A DNA stretch of 63,725 nucleotides, filler included, from Intoshia linei (GCA_001642005.1; 6 parts of 6 records of this genome joined end to end with filler, not necessarily neighbours in it), one strand, 5' to 3'. Positions 25,696 through 39,237 are shown, counted from the whole stretch's first letter. Numbers and translations: made by a program. The notes: generated from the sequence alone by a model not told the origin.

Positions 25696-27238
25696 CTAAA
25701 AGATACATTTATACACAATGGAATTATATTATAATACAGGCTAATTTCTAGTTAATGCAATAATTGGTCTTAAAAAAATATCATTCTGTTAAATAAAATA
25801 TTTTTTTATACAATATAACAGTGGTTCCCGATTCGAGTGCAAAACTATATGGCAGTGTCTGTGAGATTCAAATGAAATATATAACACTTTTGATCAACTT
25901 CTGTTCATTTTTATAGGAGAATTTTTAATATTTATTACAGTTTCTAGATGTTGATTATTCCAAAACTTAGACGACCTCTATATTATTATTTCAAAAATTC
26001 CACTTTTATACCAGCATAAATAAAATTGTAAAATCCGATTTTACGAAACCTTATGAAAAAAATCTAATTTTACCAACCCTTAAGAGAAAAAAACCCTTTT
26101 TCAAATATTATTTTGAAAAATGCAATTATACTAAATCTTATGAGCAAAACTTCCTAATCCAAAATAAAAAATGCAATTTTACCAACCCTCAATAAAAAAT
26201 CGTCGTTTTCCAATATATTTTTGAAAAACACGATTTTAATAAATCCTATGATGAAAAACCTTTACTTTTGTCGTCAATGTTTTATATTGCATGTTTCCCT
26301 TTGGGTAAAAACATAAAGTTTGAAATGGGGATCCTTACACAATTTGAACCGAGAGTCACTGCATCAAAACAATGAAAAAATAAAAATATTTTGATGTTCA
26401 TTCCACTTAACCTATATTTGAATTTCATATAATTAATAATCAACCATTATTATCATTAATCAAGAATAAAATAAAATGTTTTACATATCTAAAGCATTTA
26501 ATTTGCACCGAAGTCATTAGTATAATTATCATGCTACTGTCTTTTCTCGATTATAAGAAGTCTTCTTATATTCGAGAGGAGAAGGAAAAANNNNNNNNNN
26601 NNNNNNNNNNNNNNNNNNNNNNNNNNNNNNNNNNTTAATTAATTAANNNNNNNNNNNNNNNNNNNNNNNNNNNNNNNNNNNNNNNNNNNNTTTAAACTCA
26701 GAAAATTCGAATATTTTTCTTAAATATACACCTTAAACGTAAAATATATATATATATATATACATGTATAGGTATTGCGATTTAACCATACTACGTTTCC
26801 CGTTAATTAAAATTTAATTGTAGGTCAAAATATACTAGAAACCCTTAATAATTTGATTATCACTTTGAATATAGCAAATATCACATTGAATTTAGTTATT
26901 ATCACATCGGTTGTAATTATTATCATATTGGTATAGTTCAGTTATTGATAATTTAATTATTTTAATAATAATAATTTTCCAATGCATTGATTGAAAAACT
27001 AATCTGATTGGCAAAATTAATAGTTTTTAAAAGTAAAATTATTCTATTTTAAATTTTACCACACGCTAATGTATAATTTACAGTTATAAATTTTTATCGA
27101 TTTCCAACCCTAATCAATTGTCAATAACTAATTATTCACAGAATTTGGTTTACTTATAAAATGTATTAAAACGTGTGATGCGTATTTACAATGTAATGCA
27201 TTACTTTGAAAAGATAAAATTATCTTTCCCACTATATA

Positions 27239-27452
27239 CAGTGCGCGGCATAAGTCTTAGGCACCCCAATTGTAATTAATTTAAACACTCTTGGTTCATG
27301 ATTTAAGACATTTTCTTATATCAGATCTGGTTTATGATCATGAACAAATATTTAACAACCCTATAAAAGTAAAAACTATAAACAATTTTTAATAATTAAG
27401 GAAATATAGGTATTTTTAATTAAAACTCCAAAATTCCGAGCGTCGCGCACTG
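27239..27452. mobile_element. Tc1-type MITE; related inverted copy at about 60480-60699
   Basis: TA|CAGTGCGCG ... CGCGCACTG|TA; the body is the reverse complement of 60500-60699. Confidence 0.85.
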
Positions 27453-27535
27453 TAACTCTGGTGCACCATTCGGAACTAGTTAGTAATCGGTTCGACATCA
27501 CTTGCTTGGTTCAACCTTATAATTCGTATTTTTAG

Positions 27536-29812
27536 GCAGTTTTTGCATCCAAATTAACTGTGAAGGACAAATCATTGCAGGTTGAGAGAGAAATTGACAG
27601 TGGAATTGAAACTATTAAGCTAGATATTCCATGTGTGGTTTCTGTAGATTTACGCTTAAACGAACCACGATATGCCACGTTACCTAATATTATGGTATAT
27701 TTTTATTTTCAGTAGTTGTCAGTAAAGATTATACATTTTCAAATTTTTTATTTGATGTAGTTTTTGATATGTAATTACTGAGAAATTAACGGAAATGTAG
27801 CATGCCGTGGATCTCTACATTAATTATTTTGTCATTTAGTAACGAAATATAGAAAAGCTTACAATTACTTTATTTTTTTTTATTTTAAAAAAAAAATTAC
27901 TAAAATTATTTCTCGAGAATTTTTTTCAGAGATAAAATTACTAGTTTTGGTGATACAATTATGTTTTTTCATTTTTTTGGTTACAAAATAGTTATTTATA
28001 CACTGCGTTCCAAGTTATTATGCAAACATTAAAAACATTAATAATTTAATAAGTAGTCACTTAATTCTATTAATTTTTTTATCATAATTTAATCATTCAC
28101 CATATACAACTTTATTGTTACAAAAAAAATTATCACGTTTCCAAAAAAGCATTCTATTTAACATTTTATATTTTTGGGTAATTTTTAGTGTGCCAAATTA
28201 TTATGCTAATCAAAATTTATCATAATTATGGGTAAATCAACATTACTTAATGTTGATGAAAAGGATAAAATCCTGAAAATGTTGGATAACGGAATATCGA
28301 TAAATGAAATAGCTTCAAATTTAGAACGCGATCATCGCACAATCCGTCGATATATAGAAAACTTTTCAACAAGAGAAAAAGAAAGGCAAAAGGATCATTC
28401 AAAGGATTATCTGTTAAAGATATATTCCATATTAAACTAGAAATGGTTCGAAACCCTTTTAGCACTTTTATAGAGATATTTAAATCATTAGGATTAACTG
28501 ATATACCGAAAACTACGAGATGCAGAATATTAAAAAAGGTTGGTAAAGTCAAGCATGCTAAAGGTAAACCAGGTTTAACCAAACGACACCTGGAATTATG
28601 ACTATTCTGGACTAAAAATTACATGAAGATAAGATTTCACATGTAATTTATACTGATGAAACCAGAATATCTTTAGATGGGTCAGATTCGTGGAGTAAGG
28701 GTTGGTTAGTGAATAACAGATCACCACCAAGCCGTTTAAGGCGGCATCAAGGGGGTGGGAGTATAATGATTTGGGCAGGCATTGTGAAAGACACTATTAT
28801 AGGACCTTTTAAGTTAGATGATGGAGTCAAAATTAATTCTGAAACATACTGCGCGTTTTTAAAAAATAACGATTTTTCGTGGATAAAAAAAGAGGAAAAA
28901 CCTTACTTAAAAATTTAATTTTTATGCATGATAATGCATAAGTCACGCATCCCGTCATACAAAAGAATATCTTTTATTAAATGGCTATGGATTAGAAAAA
29001 ATAATTTTTTGGCCGCCAAATTCTCCCGATCTTAATTGTATTGAAAATCTATGGTCCATAATTAAAAGAAAGATATACAGTGGGAATAAACAATACCAAT
29101 CAAAAATCGATCTATGGCATGCAATTTTGACAGAAATTAAAACAATCGATACAAAAACAGATGAAAACTTCACGAAATCCATGGATAAACGACTTTTTCT
29201 TGTAATATCCCAGAAAGGGAGGTATATTAATATGTAAACTTTAATTACATTTTTTTTGCTTGAATTTAGTATAAAATACAATGGATTATATTATTTAAAT
29301 ATTTTAAAAAATTTATTTATTCGTATTAACATTGAAATTATTGTTTAATATTATTTTCATAATAATTTGGCACACCAAAAATAACAAAATTTTTTTAAAT
29401 CTTTGTGTATTTATTTTTTTTGGAATACATTACATTTTTATTGGGACGTTAAAATATTATTAGTTGAATATATAAATATGATAAATTAACAGAATTAAGT
29501 AACTACTTTTTAAATTATTAATGTTTTTAATGTTTGCATAATAACTTGGAACACAGTGTATTATCTTAGTAATTATGAAAAAGTACATTTGTATACCATT
29601 TGATGTATTTTATAAATTTTGTTAGCTGTAAATATTAGAAAGCCAAAAAGAAACCGTTCAAGACGATTAAAATAGAAGAATTAAAAATTGAACATCATGA
29701 AAATTTAGAAACTGTATCTATTAGCGAACCAACGAAACGAAAATCTGGTATTATGGTAGAAGATGTATCGCAACTTGTAAAGGAATTGAAAAAATTGTCT
29801 TTGATTAATTAA
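27536..29812 (+). CDS. ETFB: Electron transfer flavoprotein beta subunit, last two exons (27536-27694, 29639-29812); 5' part absent
   Basis: [42 protein letters not shown]...[20 protein letters not shown] is the canonical ETF-beta C-terminus. Confidence 0.93.
28001..29558 (+). mobile_element. Full-length inactivated Tc1-superfamily transposon (DD37E/TRT-type) in the last ETFB intron
   Basis: TA TSD; TIR CACTG(C/T)GTTCCAAGTTATTATGCAAACATTAAAAAC...; inner repeat GTGCCAAATTATTATG; transposase 28228-29237 with [46 protein letters not shown]; frameshifts. Confidence 0.93.
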
Positions 29813-29849
29813 ATTTATGAAAAATGAATCAATTTTTATGTTTGGAAGT

Positions 29850-30580
29850 AGGATCTGGAATCTAGATCCAAATTCTAAATCATTAAAATTTTGCGCTACT
29901 GAGATTCACTTAAATGCTTTGAATGTAATTCTTCATTTCGTAAAAGAAATACTCCAACGTTTTATCAGAAATTAAGTCTGTTCAAATTTCTCGAAAATAT
30001 GTCTTTTGTTACAAATTTGGCGAAAAAGGTCTTACAATACCTCAATGCAAATCATCCTCCGATTTAAAACTGTAACCGCTGCGGAAGTTTAAAACACCTG
30101 GTTCGATTTTGCCCAGATTCGAATAAATGAAATTTTGATTTAATTATCTCCGATCCTGTATTGTTGTCAAGAAATCCAGGACCTCTATTCATGATCTGTT
30201 GTATTTTTATTAATTATTAATTCCGTTCAGAAACTCACGTTCTCTGCCTTCAATCTGGTAATTTTGCTTACTCAATCTGTTTGGTCTGCAACTTTTGGAA
30301 CATCTTGGAAGGGAGGTGTAGTGCCAGTAACGTATGTTACTGTGCACATCTCCTAGTCTGCTGTTCAAAAAAGTCTAAAGAAGTTCAGTATAAAGAGTTC
30401 TAATTCTAACACCATTCACTGCCGCTACAACTTTCCAGTCTCCGTTCTCGTACGTATTTAATATTTGGCGTTTAGTTTCATCTTCAGGTTTCGTATACCT
30501 TGCTGTTATATTTCCAGATTTTACACCTCTTGTCGCGTTAATGCATTCAGTTAAAAATGAACTCTCAAAGTGAGACATTT
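29850..30580 (-). pseudogene. Degenerate IS630/Tc1-like transposase
   Basis: KRQILNTYENGDWKVVAAVNGVRIRTLY HTH-like segment followed by disrupted frames. Confidence 0.45.
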
Positions 30581-31478
30581 TTTTAATAATATGCTATAAG
30601 ATATTAGATAAGAAAATAATAAGATAAGATAGAATAACGCGGAATGTAATATGCAGCATAATTGGAACCTAATAGGTAAGTTTATTTTGGTAGATATTGT
30701 TAAAAAAAATTAACAGCTTTTTTAATACTGAGCAATTTTAATAACTGCTAATTTAAAATAATACTGACCCTGGCAATGCATAGATTTCTGGGGTTGAAGT
30801 TTTGTATTTATATTAAATGGAATAAGCTCTATCAGAATAATATTCTTTTTTTTAATTTTCAGACCGTTAATTATTTTACATTTTTTGTTTTAATAAAATA
30901 GTTTCGAAATAAAAAAAAAATTAAAGTACTTTTTCGACCGGGAAGGCGTCACTTATTCAGATTGAAATTTTTTGTGTCTTAACAGGATACAATTGTATCA
31001 TCTATATTTTTTTTAAAATTCCAAGGCTGTTTTCGTTTTAAAAAAAATGGTAATGTGGGGTTTTGATTGTGGAAATTATTTTTTTGAAGTTTCCATTTAT
31101 GATAATGTTTATGATTTTAAAGACTATTCCAGAATTTATGTTTAAAAAAAATTTTTGACATGTTTCATTATTAAAACAAAGGATAATTTGTGGTTTTAAC
31201 CATTAAGGTATGCGTTTCTGAGGCAGAGATTAACGACGATTTTAATGATTTTAAAACGCGTCCAACAATGTATGTTATATTAGCTTTTTGGGCTAATTTG
31301 TTTCAAACAAAAGAGGAAATTGAGTTTTTTACTTTGAAAGACTCAAATTCTGAAACTGAAACATAGATAAAAACACGTCCTGGGAAAAACTCTATTAGAA
31401 ATTACGTTTTAGAAATCATGCGACTGTCAATTTTTTCAATAAATGGTTACACACACATACAAACAGACATTAATTTTA

Positions 31479-32386
31479 TTATTCAACACTGTGAATTGAT
31501 TTAGCCAAATATTCCACATTATTTGGATTGACACCAGCCATAGATATCCTACCGTCCTTCGTAAGGTATATTGAATATTCATTGACAAGTTTTTCAACCT
31601 TAAAAGAAATGATAATTCAATAAATCAAATGTTGATAAATAATACCTGATTTTTAGACAAACCACTGAAACAAAACATTCCAATTTGATCAACGATATGT
31701 GACCAATCTTTTTTACTTCCAGCAATTTCTAATTCAGCTCTCAGTTCTTTTCTCATTTGTGTTATTCTGGATGACATAATTTTAAGTTCATTTTGCCTAA
31801 AAGTAATAAAATGAAATATAGCAATGTACAAAATCAATAAACTAATTTGTAATATCTAAAATACCAAGTTAAATTAGTAAAATAGTAAGCGTCCCAAGTT
31901 GTGGTCCACTTGTTTAAATAAAACAATGCATCCAAATGCATACACAATATAAAACACCACATGTATTATATACTTGAAAGTTTTACCATTCATTAGTCAA
32001 TTCTTTATTATCCAATACAATAGAAACTATTCTGGCTCCATTGATAGGAGGATTAGAATACATGGGCCTAACAATATTTTTAAGTTGTGACAAAACATGT
32101 TTTGCTTCTTTCTTGTCATTGGTAATAACATGTAATGCACCAATTCTTTCTCCTAACGAATACAAATTAATCATTATAATTAAAAAATTGAATAGATACC
32201 ATATAATCCCATATTTTTAGAAAAAGATTGACAAAGAGAAATATTGATTCCTTTCTGAATAAATAATCTGGGAGCAAAGCTGTCCTGATTCAAATCACCT
32301 GTAGCAAAACCTTGATAAGCCATATCAAACAATATATTGATATTTCGCGATTTAAGAATGTTTGCAATAGTTTTCCATTGATCAAT
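31479..32386 (-). CDS. GOT2: Mitochondrial aspartate aminotransferase, 3' exons (32386-32200, 32152-31987, 31796-31646, 31598-31479); 5' part absent
   Basis: [28 protein letters not shown] (PLP lysine), [43 protein letters not shown] joined by GT-AG introns. Confidence 0.93.
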
Positions 32387-32450
32387 CTAATTTATACAAA
32401 ATTGATCAAATCGTAATAATTAAATAAAAATTATTTTGTAACAATTCAAC

Positions 32451-32958
32451 ATGAACAATATAATCATCGCAGGAATTATAAATAAAAAAATTAAAAACAT
32501 TGAAAAATTACCAATAAATAAACAGGTACAGTATAAAATTATGAACATGTTTACATTTTTACTAGATATATTATTGTAAACTCTTGCTATCTGTTAATGA
32601 GGAAGAAAATAATCAGTTGAGGGATGTTGTATATTTTGCATTAAATACAATGAAAGATTGTACTAGTGAAATTAGTGGAATATTAAATAAAATAAACGAT
32701 AAGAAACAAATTTATTTGTCAGAAATTGCCGAAAGTACACATTCTGATGATTCACATGAAACAAAATCAACACAAATTACTCAATCGATGAATTCTCGCA
32801 AGAATCAATCATCGATAAATAATGTATCTTACCAGGAAAGTAATTCAAGCAGCATAGAAAGAATGTATAGATCTTTCAGTATAACCTTAAAATCTGCAAA
32901 ACAGGTTAAAAATTATACAAAAAATGGGCATTCGAATATTTCACAATTTAAATTTTAA
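32451..32958 (+). CDS. Orphan two-exon ORF (32451-32525, 32566-32958), ~155 aa, antisense within a presumed GOT2 intron
   Basis: ATG in CAACATG context; a 40-nt phase-0 GT-AG intron links MNNIIIAG...PINKQ to IYYCKLLLSVNEE... in frame. Confidence 0.55.
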
Positions 32959-33153
32959 AACATTAAAAATATCTAAATATAATTATAATGTGATTACTAG
33001 ATAATATTGTGCAAAAACATACATAGCTATGCTTTTTAATTTAGAAATTTTTTCTTCTGATTAATGATATCTTAGTGATACGTTGACAACTCTTATAAGA
33101 CTGACTTACATTATTATATCCATAAATTATTATTAGATTTCATATTTTTCCCC

Positions 33154-34460
33154 TAGGGTGTCCACTTTTGATACTTTTTTAAGCTAAGAAAAGCCATTTT
33201 GACTGTATGTTCATTTTTCATTTTTAAACAACGTTACCAAAAAGAAATGAAATCTTGCAAAAGCTTCAATAATATCAAACGTTTCAGAGAGAAAAGTTAA
33301 AAAAATATGTGAAATTGGGACTGGTATTCAAATACCCTCTAAAAGCGGTATATTTAAAGCGCAATCTAAAGAGTTTAAAACTTCAAAAATAAAAATTCAA
33401 AATTTACTAGATTCTTTTGATGGAAATCTGTGCTTATATTTTGATGCTAAAAGAACCCAAAACTATAACAGAAAATAAATGGCAGGAAAGGTTTGTTATT
33501 TGTGTAGAAGGAGAAAATAATTTTTCCATGTGCATATCATTAAAAGCATTGTCAGATGGGAGAGGAATTACAATGCATGATAGTGTAATGGAGACAATCC
33601 ACTTTTATGGAATACAAAATAAAAATGATAATTACTGATACGACGAGTTCAAATACCGGAAAAAATAATAGAGCTGTAACAATGATAAAAATTCTTTAAA
33701 TAAAATACCTGTGTATGAAGGATGTCGCTTTCATATTTTGGATTTAATTGTGAAACATGTTTTTAATGATATATTTAATTTATCCACTAATAGCCCAGAT
33801 ATAAATTATCCTTTTATTTCTTTTCTCAAAGGCAACTTTATAAATTTAACCAACAATTATAATTGAACTATTCCTATTTCTCTATTTCTGCAAATCAATG
33901 GTAGGTGGAGAGATGATTATCTTGAATTATTCAATCTCGTTAATGCTTATATAACTTTATAACGAAAATCAGTAAATCCAATAATACAATTTAAATCTCT
34001 TGGACCCTTATCTAATGCGAGATGGAATAATAAAGCAATATATGCATTGAAAGCGTATTTACTAGGATTAAGAGACGTAAAGATGACTGAAGTGTGCGAT
34101 TTTATAGCCTTTTATTGGGTTACTCCATGGCTGACTTATCGATATCAACAAATGGCTGATTGGAATGATTTACAAAAATATCTGGAAGGTATCTTATAAA
34201 ATATTTTATCATTAATATTACTTAAATTTATCTGTATTACTATTATTATTGATAATATATTATTTAAGGAAAATATGAAACTGCTAATAAATGCATATCT
34301 CGACATTAAAAAAAAAAATTAGAAAACCACTAAATGTAACTTCAACAAACAAAATATCAGAATGTGCTCTCTCTCAAATGGAAACACTGAGAACTACAGA
34401 AAAATCAGACGAAAAGTTAGAATTGAAAGTTTTGACAAAATTTAATAATGTGTATTTTTA
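33154..34460 (+). mobile_element. hATm-like transposon remnant with an intron-containing transposase
   Basis: TAGGGTGTCCACTTTT terminus; DTTSSNTG, CRFHILDL, RDDYLEL, LSNARWNNKAIY motifs; stops and frameshifts; GT-AG intron 34189-34268. Confidence 0.75.
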
Positions 34461-34616
34461 ATCTTTAACTCAATTATAAATATTCTTAGATCGTACTAAC
34501 TAAAGGAAAAAGTAAANNNNNNNNNNNNNNNNNNNNNNNNNNNNNNNNNNNNNNNNNNNNTTAATTAATTAANNNNNNNNNNNNNNNNNNNNNNNNNNNN
34601 NNNNNNNNNNNNNNNN

Positions 34617-35367
34617 AAATAATTATAATAATTTTAGATATTCAGATATAGCCGATTGGGGTGAATTAGATGTTTCAGCTAGTAAATGTATTCGTCGACA
34701 CTGGAATGTGAAATCAAAGCCTATGAATGTAGCATTTACTAATGAAGTATCGGAACGCGCTCTTGCACAAATGGAAATCTTAAGAACAACAGTTAGAACT
34801 GATCAAAAATTAGAGTTAAAACTTTTGTCAAAATTCAATAAATTACCAAATTATTAAAATATTAATTTATTTATCTTTATCCTTGTGAGGTTACCCCACA
34901 GTGGCTTTTACCACTACTCTTCTCTACTCTCCGTTAAAGATGAATATGGATCTACGAAAGTGAAAAAGTATTATATCTCTTTTCTCTCTAAAAGTCATTA
35001 TTTATACTATCTAAATACAAATTGTAGTAGCATATTTTACATTTAAATACATAAATTTATTTATTATATCTTAAAATATTTACCATTTTTTTCACATTAA
35101 CAATGATACCTATTTCATGTCAAAAATACGTATTTAATAGTCATTTTACCTTATTTAAATATCATTTAAATGTATATAGGTATAAAAACATGAACAATAA
35201 TAAAGTTCTTCTGTCATGTTTTTAAAAAAGGTTTAAAAAAAGTATGCGAAGGAAATTACAAAACTAGATAAAATTTAATCGGTAATTGTGTTATAAATTA
35301 CATTTCGAACGCTCAGTAAAATATAATTTTGTTAATCCAACGGAAAGTTTAAAAAGTGAACACCCTA
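34617..35367 (+). mobile_element. 3' part of a second, diverged hATm-like copy
   Basis: KCIRRHW...TNEVSERALAQME... is paralogous to 34270-34460; right TIR AAAAGTGAACACCCTA; flanks share no TSD with the 33154 end. Confidence 0.7.
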
Positions 35368-36229
35368 ATGTACAATGTACATTTTCTTATATTTGTTTAA
35401 CTCAAATATCCGGGCAAAATGTAAAGCATATATATGCTCAAATCAAATTTACAATAAAAATTTCTGTCGTATGTATATGCAAAATTCTCGTAAATGTTGA
35501 AAATGAAAATAAATTTTTGTTGATATACTTTAATATTGACGCTGATGTATTGGATAGACTGGACATTGGACTCCAGTCTATCTATCTTAACTTGATATTT
35601 ATACTGCAGGCTGCAGCGCACTGATCTAAATTGCCAGACTACAGCATGTAATACAAACATGCGTTTCTCGAAATTTAACGTTTTCATGAATCATGAATAT
35701 AATAAAGTTTATCGTTACCTATATTTAACTATAGTAATTTTATCTAAGATTATAATGAATATATTATGATAATTTAAAATTTACTAAATAAAATGTTGTA
35801 TATAAGATAAAATAAAACTGATTGATTAAGATCATACTTTTTGGGATCATTTCTAGATTCTATATGCAACGTTTGACAACCAAACTTGCAAAGCAGATCA
35901 CCCCTGATGAAGACCTGTAGATTACTTTCTTGAGCGTGAAGTGTTGTCTAATTTTTTGAATTGGACTGTGAAGATCGTTTGCTTTACGTACAGTTAGGCA
36001 ATGGAAAATAGTCATTCTGAGGGGTTTTTAATAAATTAAAAAAGAATTGCGTTTTCTAGTTATTATATAATAAATTGTAGTTTATTTCTTAATTCTCTAC
36101 TTTTGTTTAAATACTTCATAATAAATTATTGTCACATTTCTTAGAATTTTTTAAAAAGAAATTAATTATTTGATTCGATTATTGTTTTTATAGTGAAAAC
36201 TAAAATTATTACTAAATTATTTAACGTTT

Positions 36230-36900
36230 AATTGTTTATTAGCTTCATTGGATTATACGTTTTAAAGTGAACACGGCCTTTAAATTTGATCCAATACTTG
36301 AATTTTCACTGGAAGAATATACTTGATGGCATAATTCATTTATATAGGTTATTATTTTTGATGTTGCTTCAAGTATAATTCTTTTTTATCTGATTTTTCC
36401 ATGGGTAAACAAGATATATTAGAATTAAAGTAAATTTTTCATATGACATGATATCAATGACTTTTTTTGTTTGAAAATGGGTAATGTCCAAAATAATTTA
36501 AATTAAGGTAACTTTATTATGCCCATGTATAGTAATAATGAAATATATTTCATAAACTAATCTCTTGTCACATATTCATATTTGGTTTTAATTACAAAAT
36601 TATTTTTTTTATTCTTGCATTTAGTTGATGAATAAAAAAATTGACTAATTCTTCCGTAAAAAAAAAAAAAATAATCATTCACAGATTGTAAAGGTTCCAA
36701 TGTTTTCATTCTTTTGTTACCCATAAACTTAGGTACATTTATCGGTTTTATCTTTCGAGACCATCCATCTTCCAATAGTTCAATTGGTTCAGTTTCAGGT
36801 TTTATATTTGTTGTATGTATATCAGATTCATTTTATTATCTATAATATCAATTATTTCCTAATCACTTTCTGACAGCGGGTCGAATTTTAATATAGATTT
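36230..36900 (-). pseudogene. piggyBac transposase remnant
   Basis: WSRK...VPKFMG...DYFFFF, IMSYEKF..IL and FKTYNPMK segments are in PGBD order; many stops. Confidence 0.6.
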
Positions 36901-37328
36901 TAAATAATTCATCAATCAATTTGTAATTAAACAATAATGGATCAAAATTATATATCACTCGAAAGAATATTATGATAATTTCGCCTGGTAATTTTTACAT
37001 CTGAGAAAAATTTATTGATTAAATTTAAAATTATGGTACTGATTAAATGTGACATTATTGCAATGATTGCATTTATATGCATTGTGTAATTTATTATTTT
37101 ATTTATCATTCTTACTACAAATATTTAAATAAATATTGTATATTTTTAAAAATTTATCCAAAATTCCTCAAAGAGTTATTGACCACATTTCAATTACAGT
37201 TTTTTCCGGGACGTATAATTATAATATATATTCATGATGAACATGAACATGAACAAAAAATGATAGTAAAAATTGAAAATATCTTTGTTAGAATAAATTC
37301 TCAAGTTGAACAAAAAAAATTAAAAAAT

Positions 37329-38906
37329 ATGCCATCGAAAAATAAATTAATTAAAAATCAATTATTATATGAAGAAAAATACGCAATATTAGAATATTAT
37401 GACAGTAAAATCAATAAAAATGTTAAAATATCACAAAGAAAACTAGCAGTTAAGTTGACAAAATTCTCAAAGATTGTGAAAAAATTAAAAAAATCAATGA
37501 ATAATTTATACTAATCTTAATCTGAATGATCTTAAACCAGGTAGAAACAAGAAAATTAAGATAAATGTATTTCAATATGAAAAAATATTACTTGAATAAT
37601 TTTCATTCAAGCGAAATCTAAACTTCATAATAAGCGATGAAAATGTTAAACAAGCTGAAAAAAACATATCGGAAAAAATGGGTCAAGAAAACTTTACTGC
37701 ATCGACAGGATGGTTAGATAATTTTAAAAAAAGACACAATATAAAATACAAATCATTAAAATGTGAAGCAAATTTTGTTAATATTAACTTGATTGAAAAA
37801 ATTACGACAAAAAAAATATTTTTAATTGCGATGAAGCAGGTCTCAATTTTAAACAAACCATAAACAAAATTCTTAATTTTAAAGGGTGTAAAACAAATAA
37901 CTCGTTTAAAGAATTTAAAGAAATAGTAACAGTATTATTTTGTTGTTCATATTTAAGAGAAAAACTTATACCTTTGGTTATATATAAATCAAACAAACCC
38001 CAATGTTTTAAAAACAATGAACACATAATAAAAAATTTAAATATTGATTACACTATACAAAATAAAGCATGGATGATAACCACTATATTCTTAAATTAGT
38101 TACAAAATGTAAATAAAAATAGACAATAGAAAAATACTCCTGCCACTGGACAATTGTTCGCCTCACATCATTTTTGGTGATTTTTCAAATATAAAATTTT
38201 ATTTTTTACCACCAAATACTACGTCAAGGACTCAACCGCTCGATAATAGCATTATAAAAAATTTTAAAAGATTTTATCGAAAATATGTTAAAGATAAAAT
38301 TAATTTAAATATTACGGACGATGCAATGACAATTAATTAAACAAAAAAATCAATGTTTTGGATGGTTTATGTTGGATCTATTTCGCTTGGTTAAATGTAA
38401 AAAGTGAATCAATTTTCAACAATTGGGAAAATATCTTTAAAATAAAAATACACAATAATGAAATAAATATTAATGAAGATGACAGTGAAAATCTAAATTG
38501 TTTTGAAATTTTAAAAGAAAAAGACAATGAAGATATCATTAATATTCTTTGTCAATCTAATAAAAATGAAGATGAATCAATTATAGATAAATCTGAATCA
38601 GTTGTTAATAATTCACATACAAAGACAATAGGATTTGCTGAAATAAAAATGTATATTAATAATATGGAATATTATCTAATCGAGAATAATATCAATGAAG
38701 GGTTGTCAAGTTTATTTGATTTGAAGTTCAAGATTATTGAACATAAATACAAATCAAAAAATAAAATAACTGATTATCTACACGTCATATGATATATCGA
38801 TGTATTTAAAATATAAATAAAAATTAAAAATAATGTGTTATCTCTTCTATATTGAACATTTTGTTCAAAAGTCATAGTTTAGTGTTTATCTTTGGAGAAT
38901 TTACTG
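37329..38906 (+). mobile_element. Degenerate pogo/Tigger transposon
   Basis: EEKYAIL..SQRKLA HTH, FTASTGWLDNFKKRHNI, IFNCDEAG, KAWM, LPPNTTSRTQPLD motifs; right end GAGAATTTACTG|TA. Confidence 0.88.
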
Positions 38907-39237
38907 TATGGCTATTGTTTTTAATTGAGAAGAGAAGACAACCGAGATAAACCATAAACTGACCTAGCTAGCATTTAATATGAAGCAACGTTACTAATTA
39001 AGAGTCTTAATATAAGTCAAAATATTAAAATGATAAATAAAAATTTATAATAACTAAGCGATTTTTTAAAATAAAACTAAATTTACGTATTTACATTATT
39101 GATGAGCGCATTTTCCTTAATGAATTTTTTCAAAAACGGTTTTTTACATCGTGATTTTTATTCAAAAATACACATGATCTACTTGGTACGTTTTAAAAAA
39201 TATCAAAATTTTAAATCGATGTGACACCCCTTATATC

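Noticed and set aside
27455-27517. tRNA/SINE-like A- and B-box motifs (TGGTGCACC..., GGTTCGAC)
   Set aside because: No cloverleaf, single copy, imperfect boxes.
33154-35367. One hATm element spanning the linker
   Set aside because: The C-terminal coding region occurs on both sides in diverged form and there is no shared TSD.
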